From the human T2T-CHM13v2.0 reference genome, Homo sapiens: a DNA stretch of 64,000 bases. Position 1 is the first letter of the stretch; every line of letters begins with the position of its first letter. The translations under genes were made by a program, and so were the position numbers. Shown here one piece after another: positions 46,090 through 60,131 of this stretch. The notes under the pieces were generated by a model. That model was not told where the DNA came from, did not search any database, and worked only from the letters and a program-made list of their open reading frames with translations. The DNA is taken from NCBI RefSeq assembly GCF_009914755.1, contig NC_060928.1. One strand, 5' to 3'.

Positions 46090-48745
46090 CAAATGTCTTA
46101 CGTTTTCTTTTTCTCTCTTGGGAATGTCTGTAAGTCATAAGTCTGGTCACTTTACATATTCCCATATTTTTCAAAAGCTTTGTTAATTTTTAAAAACTCA
46201 TTTGAAAATTTTTATCTGACTGAATTAATCCAAAAGACCATTCTTCAAGCTTTGAAATCCTTTCTTCTGCTTGGTCCGGTCACAACTTTTAACTGTGTTT
46301 TGAAATTCTTTCTACAAGTTCTGTTTTGTTTGTTGTTGTTGTTATTGTTTTTTGTTTAATATTTATATCTTTTCTTTCATCTCCTGAGTTGTTTTTCTGG
46401 TTTGTGTTTGTTTTAAGCTTTCTCTTGGATCTCATTGAGTTTCCTAACAATCCATATTTTGAATCATTTATCTGTCATTTCAAAGTTTTCATTTTGGTTA
46501 GTATCCATTGCTAGAGAACAAATGTGGCCCTTTGGGGGTGTCACAACATTCTGTTTCTTCTTGGTGCTGGAGATGTTTTGCTGGCTCCTTCTCATCTGTA
46601 CAAGCTGTCACTTCTTTTTATTGAATTTACTTTCATTTGGATGTGATTTTTTTTCCCTCTTGAGGGTGTGACTGTAGAGTATTTTGGGTAGGAATTTTGG
46701 CTCTGCTTTTATAGCCATGTGCAGTTCTGTTGTCAGATTTTACATTGGGTCATGCAGTTCAACCTGCAAGCCAGTAGGTAGCACTTGTGCGTAAAACCAG
46801 CTGTGGCAAAAGCATATAGGTATGTGCTTGATCTGGTTTTTCTGTGAAGTGCTCTCTGTTGTTTCAGGTGATGGGCTGGACAGTGGAATGCCTGGTGCCT
46901 GGAAATTCCTGTTCAGCAGGATAGGGGGTAGAAAATAGCTGGGCAAAGCTGGACCTCCTGGCTTACCTATGAATACCACAATGATGATCATGGGCACCAC
47001 CTTAACAGAGGTGTCTGGGGGAACTCCTGGTGTAATGCACCAAGGTCTCTGTGGGATGTGAGGAGGCTGCACTAGCTCCATGTCTTAGATAGGCAGGAAA
47101 GTGATCTGTTTTCCTGTCATACTCCTTCTCCAGGGGTCGTGGCTCTCAGTTCAAATGTACACTGTCATTTATCTCTAGGCCACAGTGTAGCTGACAGCCA
47201 CAAAAGACACCTGTCCCACAGTTCTCTGCAGGAGTAATTTTGGTTGGAACCTCCTCACTCAGCCCAATAGAGACAGTTTTGTGGCTCTCCTGCTCTCTAA
47301 TGTGACAATAATGCTGCTTTGTGTATAGAAGGGTAGGGCCTCCTCCTTTTGGTACATGCAAGTGGATATCAGCTGTAGTGATGTCAGCTGGTTGTGCTGG
47401 CTGGAGCTGAGACCCTGGGATGAGTGGGTAAGTGACAGTGATAGTGGACTGGGCTGGGCAAACCTCCAATCCCCAGTCCCCGAGATGCCCCACGAGAGTG
47501 TGTACAAGACTTGAGTGAACTGGACTGGGACTGGTCCAGTGAACTTGTTCTTGTGTTCCCAGAATTCAGGTGCTGACTATGATAGGGAGACATGGGCTGG
47601 TTTCTAGATCACTGCCAAACTCTCAGGTAGGGCAGGCAGAATGCTCTGACAGTGGGAACCCCAGCCAATCACCAGCCTGTGGAGGCTGGTCTCTCAGAAG
47701 GGTCTGCAGAATGCTCAGGCAGTGGCAGAGCTCAGGGGGTTACAGAACACAAAGGCAGTGAGAGCCCTAATGTTAGTCACAGGCCTGCAGGGGGTAGGCT
47801 CTCAGAAGGGTTCTGGGTGGCAGCTGAAATGGTCGAGTGGGAGAAGAGCAGCTGTGTTGCTTGCCTTTCACTGAATGAGGCGGACCCCCTCAGTTGGTGC
47901 AATGGAGGCTGGCAGCTATATAATGTGTGGTCCACTTGCACTTCCCTCCCAAAGGAGTGGCAGTGGATTTTGCTTTGGGGGATATGTGAAGGTGCCCAGT
48001 TTCCTATCTCCTAGTTCCAGGAGTTGCAAGGGTGGTGGTAGTGGTGGCTGTGACTATTGCAGGAATCAACAGGCATGTCATCAGTCTCTGGGGACAGGGC
48101 TTTCAGAAACACACTGGGCCACAGACAAAATGGACAAGTTGGGGCAGCCCAGCTGTGCAGCAGGCCCAACACTGAAGAAGGGAGGCTCTGTTTAGCAGGG
48201 AGCAGCTGAGGCTGATGGTTGTAATGGTGCATGGTCTGCCCATTCCTCCATACTGCAGCTGCAGTATCTGTCTTTGGGGTGTGTGAGAGTGCCCAGCCTG
48301 CCGGCTTCCTCCCTGACAGGCAGGCAGCAGTTGGCACCAGGCTGCTCAGGTATCAAAAGTCTATGGGAATCCATGTGGGCTTGAGCAGAGACTCTGCACA
48401 GTCTCTAGGCAGCTCCATGTATAAGACTGGAGACCCAGTTTGGTGGGGGGCGAGGCGGGGGATCAAAATGACTCTCCCATGGATAGGATTACACAAGTTC
48501 ATTGCAGAAGTGTGGAACCCCAGGGTTTTCTTACTTACTCATCTGTTCTCCACATCAGGAAGCTTCTCCCGGTTCCGTGTGGGTCCCAGCTCAGCTGGCT
48601 GCCTGGCATTGCTCTCCTCCGCCTTCTGTAATTCCTATCCCTTCTCTGATGATTTCCAGTGTGCCCCCTTAAATGATCTACTTGATCATCTACTTTACTT
48701 GATGTGCTAATATTTATTCACTATGTTGATTCCACTCCATTAGAG
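46090..48745 (-). mobile_element. Old L1 (L1M/L1PB-age) ORF1 5' part and long GC-richer 5'UTR
   Basis: Antisense ORF1 (ttcttcaagctttgaaatcctttcttctgcttggtc; ttttgaatcatttatctgtcatttc) at 46090-46700, grading into CpG-depleted, GC-rich 5'UTR-type sequence. Confidence 0.75.
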
Positions 48746-50574
48746 AGGGGCTCCCACTAGGGGTTACGGGGAGCCCTCTTAAACTGAAATGTCAAGATAT
48801 CTACTAAATAGTCTTTAAATAAAATATTCAATCTTAGCCACACTGAGGCTGTTTAACTCTTAGCAGCAGCAGTATTTGTATAAATTTATATATTTAAAAA
48901 GTTATAATATTTTAAAGGCAACTATTTGGTCTGTGGCAGAAATTTAGAAACTTGAATTATAATTTTATAAGTTACCTAAGTAACATGTATTTACAGGAGC
49001 ATTGATCAATATAGTTGATTCACATTAGAAATAGTCACACATTAAAGAGAAAACAATAATCAAAATTATTTGCTGTTTTCTCATTGTTTTAGAATTTTGC
49101 ATACTTTTGAAAACATTTGAATCTTCACTCTAAGCAATATTTTCTATTTAATGAAAAACTCAAAAAATATAAGAATATCATTTTAAAGCCAATCAATACT
49201 TTAGGGACTCCATAGTTATTCGATATTTAAATAATTACATTTTCTTGCTGTGACAGTCATAACCAAATCACAGACACATTTCTCTACTGAAAAACATATG
49301 AAAACCAGATAAAAAGAAAATCCCTCTTCCTAGCAACAAGCATTGTACTAATCTTCTTTAAGTTGCTACACCCTGCTCCACTTCAGTGTTAATGTCCTTC
49401 AAACTACAGAACTACTCATATCTGACTGAGCTCAACCATTCAGCCTAATTGAAAAGAAATACAAGTAATCTAAGAAACAACTAAAAAACTTAGTGAAAAC
49501 GTAACTTGTCATTCTCTTTCTTAATATCATTTCAAAGAGGTATTAAAGCAAATGTAGGAAGCATTTTATTTTTCTTCTGATGTCATCTTTTTTTTCCTCC
49601 TCAGAGAAATATCTAACCACCAAAAGACAATTGTGTCTTTAAGTCTAGAAAAACACTCAAAACCCAGTTATGTATCTCTTTGAAGAATAATTTTCCTATC
49701 ATCAATTAATCTCATTTGGAAATTATTTTTAAAATATGATTTATGCAAAACAAATCCCCGTTCCCAAAATAACCTGAATTTGAGGTTGTTATGCCACAGC
49801 TAGAAGAGAAATTACTTATCAGTGAACTGTGTCAGAATGTCAATGTGAACTGCAGCTTAGATTAGGAAATCTGATGAAGCATAACATACCATGAAAGAAA
49901 TCAAACATTTTATTGGACTCTTGGGCATTATTGACAGGTTTCTACTACTTTTTAGATTTGTTTTATCCAATAGGAGATCTTACTTCTACAGAGCCCTTTT
50001 TAAATATAATAAAATGCTCCATTAAATTAAGGAAAACCCCAAATTTTTTCTCATTAATAAAGTGACATGTAGGGAATTATTGCTATGAAATATTTTGCAA
50101 TGTTTTAAGGTAATTAAATTAAACTAAATCTTGAAATAAAGGAACAAGATATGTTTTTAAACTATGTAGAATTTATTATTTGAAATTCAGTAAATGTTTC
50201 ATAAACCTAGTTTTAAGATGATATTTTTACTTCAACTGAGAAAAAAATTGCTACTTTGGCTAATGCTCTATCACTCTGGAAAGCTACTATTTTAATAAAT
50301 AAATACTATACTAAAAGCTTAATTCTTAAAAGAAACTTAAAAATTGCTTTATTATTTTAAAATAAAAGTTTACCATATAATCTTGTGATGGCTACAAGAT
50401 TAATTCACACATATTGTTCAAAATATTTTAGTAGGTCTATTCACAAATGAGGATATTAAACAGAAGAAAAACAAATGGAAGACTTGATTTCAAATATAAA
50501 TTCCAAAGAAGATACTTTCTTCCTTTTAAGAATTCATGCATGTCACTACTTTACCTCCATAGTTTTCAGCTTCC

Positions 50575-50690
50575 TCCAGGCATTAGAATCACCACTAGAA
50601 ATAGTAGAAACCAGCAAAAATGTGTGGGCTCCATGCCCAGAGATTCTGATTCTAGTTATTTGGGGTAGAGCTTGGATATTGTACCACTTT
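50575..50690. mobile_element. MER5A-like hAT-Charlie fragment
   Basis: gcattagaatcacc...gggctccatgcccagagattctgattctagttatttggggtagagc. Confidence 0.7.
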
Positions 50691-53600
50691 ATAGAAGTGA
50701 CCGGAAGAGTGTAAAAATGCACATGGAGTGTTAATAATAATCACTCTAAACAAAGGAAGAAAGCCAAATGCATATGTGAACGTGAGCAAAGGCCCTGTGT
50801 GACACCACTAATTTCTAGAGATGTATATGCTCTAAATTCAGAAGTTTCCATTTCAGATGAAGTTAAGATTTTATTAATATCTAGACGTAAATTATGGTAA
50901 TATTTACGACTTTTTAAAATACAACTGTTACACATAATACGAAAATCAATGAGAGAAATTATAATTTTAGCATCAGTTACAAGTCTGGGGTTTATTTTTA
51001 ACTTTTCTATCATATGAAGGTCAAAGTTTAGAAACATTTCTAGTTAATATAATAAAAGATAACATTTCTACTACACAGTGACTAAAGAATCATCATTTAA
51101 GCAGAGTTGAAAATAAACCTTAGTTGCCCTTTTGAAAAAATGTCAAAATACCTGCGTGACTCAGTTACAGTTCTGATATATTTCATAGCTACTAGATAAA
51201 GAAAGTACTTCATAAGACCCAGTTTTTCATAAGAACTCAAAGTACTTCACAGAAGTCCATTGTAAGAAATGAATAGATAATTCACTGCATTCTATATATC
51301 TCATATAAAATTTTAAGATAGAATTCTAAATACAATAAACTGATCTTGAAAACATACACTATGCTATATCAAAACTTAGCAAATTAAACAATGTAAGGCT
51401 GTGAATAATTAATATTTATTTCTAGAGTTTTGTCCTGTGGGTTATTATCTATAATATATACAATCTAAGTCATTGCAGCTCACAGCCTGCCAGATATTGA
51501 CATTATTCATTATGTTCTGCTACATAATCATCCTCTTCCACACCTACTTCTTCCACTTCATCTTTGGTACCTTGAACTTCTTTATCAACAGTCATTGTCA
51601 TCTTTCAAATGTCATCCTCTGTATAGTAGAGTATGACTCGTAAGACATGATTCTCATTGAAAAATGTATTCCAATTGCTAATCATCAACCCTTTTAATAC
51701 TCAAAGGAACATATAGCATCTTTCCACCCTCAGAAGTTCCAGGAACACAAAAGTAGTTTGAAAGAGTGTTCTGCTTTATATTTCTGCTGCTTAGTGATTA
51801 TCATAGCGACATTCTTTCTTTGCTGTCAATCTACCTGCCCCCTCTATGCTATTTTTAATTTCTATCCCATAAGAAAAGTGTGGATTAGAATTATATGACT
51901 CTAACCTCATTTTATCTGTTTTTTTCTCAACACTTTATTTGAGAAATAACTCAATGGATTCAAAGAGAAATTGTATTATAAAATATGTAAGCTTGGAAAC
52001 ATCTTAGAAGTTTGATATCTTTCAAAAGTTTTGGAATAAGTTACTAATGTTTCTAAGTCATGTATTTGAGCATGTTAACATTCTTAGAATAGTTAACAAT
52101 GATGAACACAGTTATGTGGCCTTTTCCTTCACATCATTATTCTTTTCAACCTTGCATTTCCTTGGAAATTGCCTTCTAACCATTTTATTTCCATTTACAC
52201 TTATCTTCTCTAGACTCATATATTGCACAGATTATAGAATGTCTCTTTCCAAATCCAGCTGGATAGAACCAAGTGGTTTTCTTTAGTATTAACTATTTCT
52301 AGAGTGTTTGGCTTCTATTTGTACAATTACTACTTAAGTGAAATAGTTCATTTTTAACAACTTTCATCGAATGCTAAATGTTGACTGCAGCAGCTCTAAG
52401 TGAATCACTACATTTTTTAGCTAAGCCTCCAAGAAATGAAGAATCACTTTTCTTTTAACAGTTGCTTCTTACCCTCTTTCTCAACTTCCACCACAATACG
52501 TTCAGTGTCTTCATCTTCTGCATCTTCCATCTGTGCCACAGGCATATTACACAGGCTTCTAGTGTAAAAATTAGTTTGTGTTTGCAACATCTTGATTATC
52601 TTCCTCATCATGTTTCAAGCCAAACTAAAATAATGTTCTACAACTATAGGTCTGTGAGTTGTTTTAGAATAGGATGTATCAGCCTGTCAGCATTGTTTTA
52701 AAATAAAAACTGAATTTATGCTTGCATCTTATTTTGGAGAATTCTGCTTTGGTAGAGAGCAGGAAGATTAAAAATTAAGGCTGTACATGTAGCTAGAATA
52801 TGCCTGCACATCGGCTCCTTATAAGAACTCTAGCACAAGCCAACTGTGAGCTTCCTGGTAGCAAGGTGCTTCACCTTAATGCTGGTAATGACTGGAGACT
52901 TGAAGACAAGGGTTGCACAGTGGTGAAAACGCAAAGAATCTTATTTTTGAATTCCAAGGTTTCCTTTCAACACATATTCTTCTTTCATTCTTGAAGTCTG
53001 CACTTAACAACAATGCTCTTCCACAAGTTTGAAGTAGTGGAGCGGAAGAATCCATTCAGCATTCTAACACTTACAGTTAAATTAACAATTAACACTTTTA
53101 GTTAATGTACTTACTCAGAGAAAACTATCTGTACATGAAGAACAATAATTTTTCTCAGAATAGATTACTAGAACACAATAAATTTCTCTTTATTATCATT
53201 TTGTACAATGCAATTTCCAAATTTTAAAAAGTTTTGGTGTATATTTTCTTCCATGATGTGGTAAATTATGAGAACAAGAAGCATCTCTTTTTTATTTACA
53301 TATATGTCCATTGAACAACACATAGTACTCAATAAATATTTGTTGACTGGCTAAAAAATAATGTAGCTGAAAAAGAGTCTTTAAGATGTATGGTAACTGA
53401 AAGTATTTTAATGTCACTGTGTCTTAACCAGTAAAGAGAAGTAAAGTTATGGTAAGGCATGGATCAATTACAGTATGGTCCCTGATGTAATGAAAAAAAG
53501 ATGTTATCCACACTAGAAAAGAAAAATAAAGAGTAATATTATTTACTGAAAACAACTCTCCTCCTCTAATAATAAGTGAGAAGAAAAGGAGAATAATTAA

Positions 53601-53754
53601 GATAATACTGGCATTTCAAAATGTACATTTAATAAATTTATTTTTTCTCTGAAATAAGTGAAATTTTTCTGCTTGAATTAAGGGAAAGGTAGTAAGTTAT
53701 AGATTAATGTTTCCGTAGAAAACCTGAAAATAAAAGAAGAAGAAGAAGCCTTAC

Positions 53755-54357
53755 TAAAGCAGCAATTATGTGGAGAAATTGGAACACTTGTACGTTGTTG
53801 GTGTGAATATAAATGGTACAGCTGTAACTGAACCCAGCTTTGGCTACTCACACAAAGGATGAATACTATTGGAAGGAAAAGCAGGTTTAATTGGAGAGCC
53901 AGAAAAATGAGAAGATGGTGGACTATATTCACAAAAACCACCTTACATTTTTTAATTTATATGCAGGAGTGGTGCAGAGTGCAGGGTCTCTGTCTTTGTT
54001 TCAGTGGCTACCTTGGGTAATTGTTTATTCAGATATACGGTTGGTGTTATCTTGACTTTGGCCTGTTGGTGGTAGACTAATTGTTCATGACTCCCTCTAC
54101 GCAGGAAAATTCCTGAATCTGGGCTGTGTGCCTGGTTTGCCTCAAGATCAGTCTCTGGAATTCCTTAAGCACGAGCAAAATTAGATAAGGATGCATTCCT
54201 GGAGGGAATGTCTAGAGAGGGAAGAAATGACGGAGTGAAAGGAGTGAGAAGGAAGAATATGAAAGTGCGTGATTAATATATGCTTTTTAAGTTGAGGCCC
54301 CCAGTTACACAGTCACTATGGAAAACTGGATGAAATTTTCTCAAGAAATTAAAACAC
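53755..54357 (+). mobile_element. Old L1 ORF2 3' fragment (host), split by an LTR
   Basis: atgtggagaaattggaacacttgtacgttgttggtgtgaatataaatggtacagc | cactatggaaaac...ctcaagaaattaaaa reads as continuous L1 once 53823-54313 is removed. Confidence 0.8.
53823..54309 (-). mobile_element. Solo LTR, ERV1-type, family not determined
   Basis: Perfect 8-bp inverted ends tgtaactg...cagttaca. 4-bp TSD cagc (53819-53822) / cagt (54310-54313). Orientation inferred from a minus-strand ATTAAA near 53886-53891. Confidence 0.8.
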
Positions 54358-54359
54358 TT

Positions 54360-57300
54360 TCCAACAACTGTTGGAAGAAGTATATATGTTCTCAAATTAG
54401 GCACCAATGAAAGAACACAAGAATTATTAAAATTCAAGAAAATATGAGACCATCAAAAGAAACTAATAAAGCTCCAATAATTGACCTAGAAGAAAAAGAA
54501 ATCTGTGAAATAAATAACAAAAAAAAAATCAGAATAATCATCTTAAAGAAGTTCAGGGAAGTCCAAAAAATAAAGACAGCAAATTAAATGAAATTTGACA
54601 ATTTGTGAACAAAATGAGAAATTTGATAAAGAAATAGAAACAATTAAAAAAATGAAATCCCTAGATATAAAAGGTACAATAACTGAAATAAAAAATTTAT
54701 TAGGAATCTTTGACAACAGCCTTGAACAAGCAGAAGAAAGATTCAGTGAGCTTGAAAAGAGGACATTTGTAATTATCCAGTAAGAAGAGCAAAAAGAAAA
54801 AAGATTAAAAAATAATAAAGACCTATGGAAATCATGGAATGCCACCAAACAAATTTGTCTTTGCATAATAGGAGTTATAAAAGGAAAAGAGAGAGAAAAC
54901 AAATCAGAAAGTATATTTAAGAAAATAATGACTAAAAATTTCCTAAATTTGGGGAAAGATGACAATACCCAGGTGCAGGAAGCTTAGCAAGCTCCCACAA
55001 AATGTACCCCCACAAAAAATTTACCAATATACATAATAATCAAATTATCAAAAATAAAAAATAAAGAAAGACTACTAAAAGCAGTGAAATGTAAGAAACA
55101 TATCACATTCAAGGCATCCCCAGTCAGCTTTTAACGTATTTCTCAGCAGAAACTCTGCAAGCCAAAACGGAGTGAGACGATATATTCAAAGTACTGAATG
55201 GAAAAACTGCCAATCAAGAATACTTTACACTGGAAAGCTGTCCTTCAGAAATGAGGAAGGAATAAAAAGTTTCTAAAACAAGTAAATGTTAAAGGAGTTC
55301 TTCACAACCAGGCCTGACATATAGGATTTGTTAAGGGAGTTCTATAAGCTGAAACACAAGACTGCTAATTAAAAACAAAAAAAAATTGACAAATAAAAAG
55401 TCAAATGACCTAAGTAATATGTAGACATATTCAGAATTTTTTAATATTTGTAAGCTCAGTATGTAAAGCAAGTTTATCTCTACCATAAGGGTTAAAAACA
55501 ATTGTAGCTACAATAAATTGTTAAGAGACACAAATTTCCCTCCAAATTTAAATTTTCGTATCAAAAATCATAAAGCGTCAGGGGAGGAAGCAAAAGTGTA
55601 GAGTTTCTGTATGTGTAAAGAAAGTTATTGTCAGCTCAAAGTAGCCTGTTATAAAAATAAAATGTTTAATGTAAGCCTCATAGTAATCAGAAAGCAAGAT
55701 CCTGTAGAGTTGCACAAAATACAAAAAGAAAGAGTTCAAGGCATACCACAACCGAAAACCATCAATTCACCAAGGAAGACAACAAGAGAGGAAGAAAGAA
55801 ACCAAGAACCTGCAAAACAACCAGAAAAACAATTTTTAAAATATCAGTAGCAAGTTTTTACCTATCACTAATTATTTTGAATGAAAAGAGTTTGAATTTT
55901 ACAATCAAAAGGCACAGAGTGGCAGACTGGATTAAAAAACAAAACAATCAAATAAACAAAAAAAACCCAAGATCTAACCATATGGTGTCTACAAAATACT
56001 TACATTACTATGAATCTTTTATATGTAAAGACACATAGATGAAAAATTAAAAGATGGTAAAACATATTTCACACAAAGAAATGTTAAGAAGAAAGCAGGA
56101 GTAGTTGTATTGATATCAGACAAAATGGACATTAAGTAATAAAATATATAAAAAGGGACAAAAAATGTAATTACATAATGAAAAAGGGGTCACTTCACCA
56201 AAAGGACATAACACTTGTAAAAATATATGCACTGAATATTAAAGCACCTAAATACATAAAGCAGTTATTAAATAATCTGAAGGAAGGGGAAGTCTGTAAT
56301 ACAATAATAGTAGGGGACCTCAATACCCCACTTTCAACAATGAAAGGATCATCTAGACAGAAAATCAATGGGAAAACATTGAACTTGAATTAACTTTAGA
56401 CCAAATGGACCTAACACACATATATAAAACATGTGATCCCCAAACACCAAAAGACACATTCTTCTTAAACACATATGGAATGTTAATCAGGATAGATAAT
56501 AAGTTAGGACATAAAACAAGTCTTAAAACTTTAAGAATATAGAAATCATATTAAGTATTATTCTGTATCACAATTATATGAATCTAGAAATCATTAAGAA
56601 GAAAAATCTTGGTAAATACATAAATCTGTGGAAATTAAACAAAATACTTCATAACAAGCACTAGATCCAAACAGAAATAAAAAGGAAACCAAAACAGTAT
56701 TTTGAGACCAATGAAAAAGGAAAGAACATACCAAAACCTATAGAATGCAGCAAAACCAATCCTAAGAGAAAAATTTATAGCAGTAAACACCTGTATCATA
56801 AAAAATTCAAATAATCTAAACTGACACCACACAGAACTAAAGAAAGAAGAAAAACTGAGCCCAATGTTAGCAGAAGGAAAAAAAAAAAGATTAGAGGAGA
56901 AATAAATAAAATGGAGACTAGAAAAACAATAAAAATATCAATGAAACTGAGTTGGTTTTTTGAAAGCATACTCAAAATGGAGAACCCCTTAGGTAGACTA
57001 GGCTAAAAGAGAGACATATCAAATTAATAAAGTCAGAAATGAAACAGGAGACATTACAACTGTTACCACAGAAATACAAATGATCATAAGAAACTACTAT
57101 GAGCACTGATATGCAAACAAATTGGATAACCTAGAAGAAATGGATGAATTTCTAGAGACACAACCTACCAAGACTGAAACATAAATAAATAGAAAATCTG
57201 AACATATCAATAGTGAGTAAGGAGACTGAATCAGTACTACAATTCTCCCAAAAAAGAAAAGTTCAAGATGGTCAGCTTCACTGCACAATGCTGCCAAACA

Positions 57301-60131
57301 TTTAAAGAAAAACTAGTAGTAATTCTTCTATAACTGTTACAAAAAATTCAAAGTGGAGGAAATACTTTCAAACTCGGTTTGCAAGGCCAGCATTATCCTG
57401 ATACTAAAGCCAGACAAGAACACTACAAGAAAATTACAGGCCAATATTCCTGATAAACATGGATGTCAAAATTCTCAACAAAATATTAGCAAACCAAATT
57501 CAACAATACATTAAAAGAATCATTCACTGTGATCAAGTGGGCTATTATACCTGGGATTTAAAGATGGTTCAATGTATGCAAATCAGTAAATGTGAAAGCC
57601 GGCATTAATAGGATAAAGAATAAAAATGACATGATCATCTCAGAAAAAGAGTTTGATAAAATTCAGCACTCTTTTGTGATAAAAACCTTCAACAGATTAG
57701 GTATATGAGGAAAGTACCTCAAAACAATGAAGACCATATGTGACAAACAGGTAGTTAACATCATTCTCAGTTTCTGAAATTTCAAAGCTTTTTTTCTAAG
57801 ATTGGAGACAAGACATAGATGCTCACTTTCACTACTTATTTTCAGCATAGTACGGGATGTCCTATCCAGAGCAATTAGGCAAGACTAAAAAATAAAAGGT
57901 ATCTAACAGGAAAGGAAGAAATAAAATTGTCTCATTTTACTGATAACCTGATCTTATATATAGAAAAGCCCAAAGACTACAAAAAAAGAGAGAAATTGTT
58001 AGAACTGATAAACTAAGTCAGTAAAGTTGCAGGATATAAAATCAGTGTGCAAAAATCAGTAGTATTTCTATAAGTTTATATAACATGTGAAAAGGAAATG
58101 AAGAAAACAATTCAGTTTACAAAATTAAGAAAAAATTAAAATACTTAAGTGTAAATTTAACCAAGGAGGTGAAAGACCAGTATAATATAACCTATAAAAC
58201 ACTGATAAAAAGAAGTTGAAGAGGACACAAATAAAAAATATATATTCCATGTTCATGGATTAAAATAATTAATATTGTGAAAATGTTCATATTACTTAAA
58301 AGTATCTACAGATTCAATGCAATCCCTATCAAAATTATAATGTTATTTTTCACAGAAATAGAAAAAAAATCTTTAATTTGTATGAAACTACAAAAGACCC
58401 CAAATAGCCAAAACAACCTTGAGCAAAAAGAACTAAGCCAGTGGCATCACACTCCCTAATTTTCAAATATATTATAAAATGATCGCATTTAAAATAGTAT
58501 AGTATTCACAGAAAAACAAATAGTTTGACAAATGGAACAGGATAGAAAGCCAAAAACAAACCCATATATTTAAGGTCAATTGATTTTTGTCAGAAAAACA
58601 AATATGCACTGTGCTGAGTACACACAATGAAGGAGAGACAATCTCTTCAGTGAATGGTATTGGGAAAACTGGATGCAGGCATATAAAATTGGATCCTTAT
58701 CTAATACCATACACAAAAATCAATTCAAAATGGATTAAAGACTTAAAAGTAAAACTTGAAACTGTAAAACTACCAGAAGAAAACATAGGGATGTATCTCT
58801 GTAAAATTAGTCTGGGCAATAATGTGTTTGATATGATCCTGTAAGTAAAAGAAACAAAAGCAAAAAGAAAAAAATGGAATGGTGTCAAACCAAAAAGCTT
58901 CTTCACAGCATAGAGAAAACAATTAACAAAGTGAAAAGCCAATCCAAATAATGGAAGAAAATATTTGAAAATAATGCATTTGATAAGGGGTTAATATCCA
59001 ATATATGTGAGAAACTCAACTCAGTAGCAAAAAAAAAAAAAAATTATAATAATTAAAAAATGGGCAAAGGACAAGAACAGACATTCCTCAAAATAAGACA
59101 TACAAATGGCCAAGAGGTACATGAAAAGAAACTCAGCATTGCTAATCATTAGAGAAATGCAAATTAAAACCACAGTGAGATATCACTTTACATATTTGGA
59201 ATGGCTTTTATCAAAAAGATGAAAGGCAAGTATTGGTGAGGATAAAGTAAGAAGTGAATTATTGTACATTGTTGGTGGGAAAGCAAACAATTATAGCCGC
59301 TATGAAAAATGGTATGGAGGTTCCTCAAAAAAATAAAAACGGAACTGTCATATGATCCATAATCCCACTTCTGGGTATATAGCCAAAGGAATTGAAATCA
59401 ATGTGATAAATAAATACCTGCATTCCCACGTTTACTGCAGCCCTATTCACAACAGTCAAGATGTAGAATCAAGCTAAGTTTTTCTCAACAGATGAATGGA
59501 TTTAAAAATGTGGTATATGTACACCAATGAAATACTATTCAGCCTTAAAAATAGAATGAAGCTCTGTCATTTGTAATAATATGAATGAACCTGGAGGACA
59601 TTATGCTAAGTGAAATAATCCAGGCACGGAAAATCAACTACCAGATAATCTCACTGATATGGTATGGATCTGTGTCCCCACCCAAATCTCTTATTGAATT
59701 GTAATCCCCATTGTTGGAGGTAGGGCCAGGTAGGAGGTGATTGAATCATGGGGGCAGAGTTCTCATGAATGGTTTAGCACCACCCCGTTGCTACTGTATA
59801 GTGAGTGAGTTCTCGTAAGACCTGGTTGTTTAAAAGTATGTAGCACCTCCCGACTCCTTTCCTGCTCTGGTCATGTAAGACATGCCTACTTTCCCTTCGC
59901 CTTCTGCCATGATTGTAAGTTTCCTGAGGCCTCCTAATAAGCAGAAGCCAATAGGCTTCCTATACAGCCTGCAGAACCATAAGACAATTAAACTTCTTTT
60001 CTTTATAAATTATCCAGACTCATGTATTTCTTTATAGCAGTGTGAGACCAACTAATACACTCACTTATATGTGTAATCTAAAAATGTTGAACACATAGAA
60101 ATAGAGAGTAAAATAATGGTTACCAAATCCT
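54360..60131 (+). mobile_element. Long decayed L1MA (ORF1, ORF2, start of 3'UTR), no poly(A) end
   Basis: ORF1 remnant ICEQNEKFDKEIETIKK (54595-54783). Endonuclease IIVGDLNTPLSTM (56178-56393). RT NYRPI motif at ~57432. [20 protein letters not shown] (58587-58844). Many stops. Confidence 0.93.
59655..60059 (+). mobile_element. MSTA MaLR solo LTR
   Basis: tgatatggtatggatctgtgtccccacccaaatctc...actaataca. Perfect 5-bp TSD ctcac at 59650-59654 and 60060-60064. Confidence 0.95.

Noticed and set aside
46740-48710. Dense cluster of overlapping ORFs up to 159 aa on both strands
   Set aside because: They fall in GC-richer old L1 5'UTR-type sequence where stops are rarer. No recognisable domain, and CpG-depleted so not a CpG island.
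54543-54965. 140-aa hydrophobic minus-strand ORF
   Set aside because: Antisense reading of A-rich L1 ORF1.
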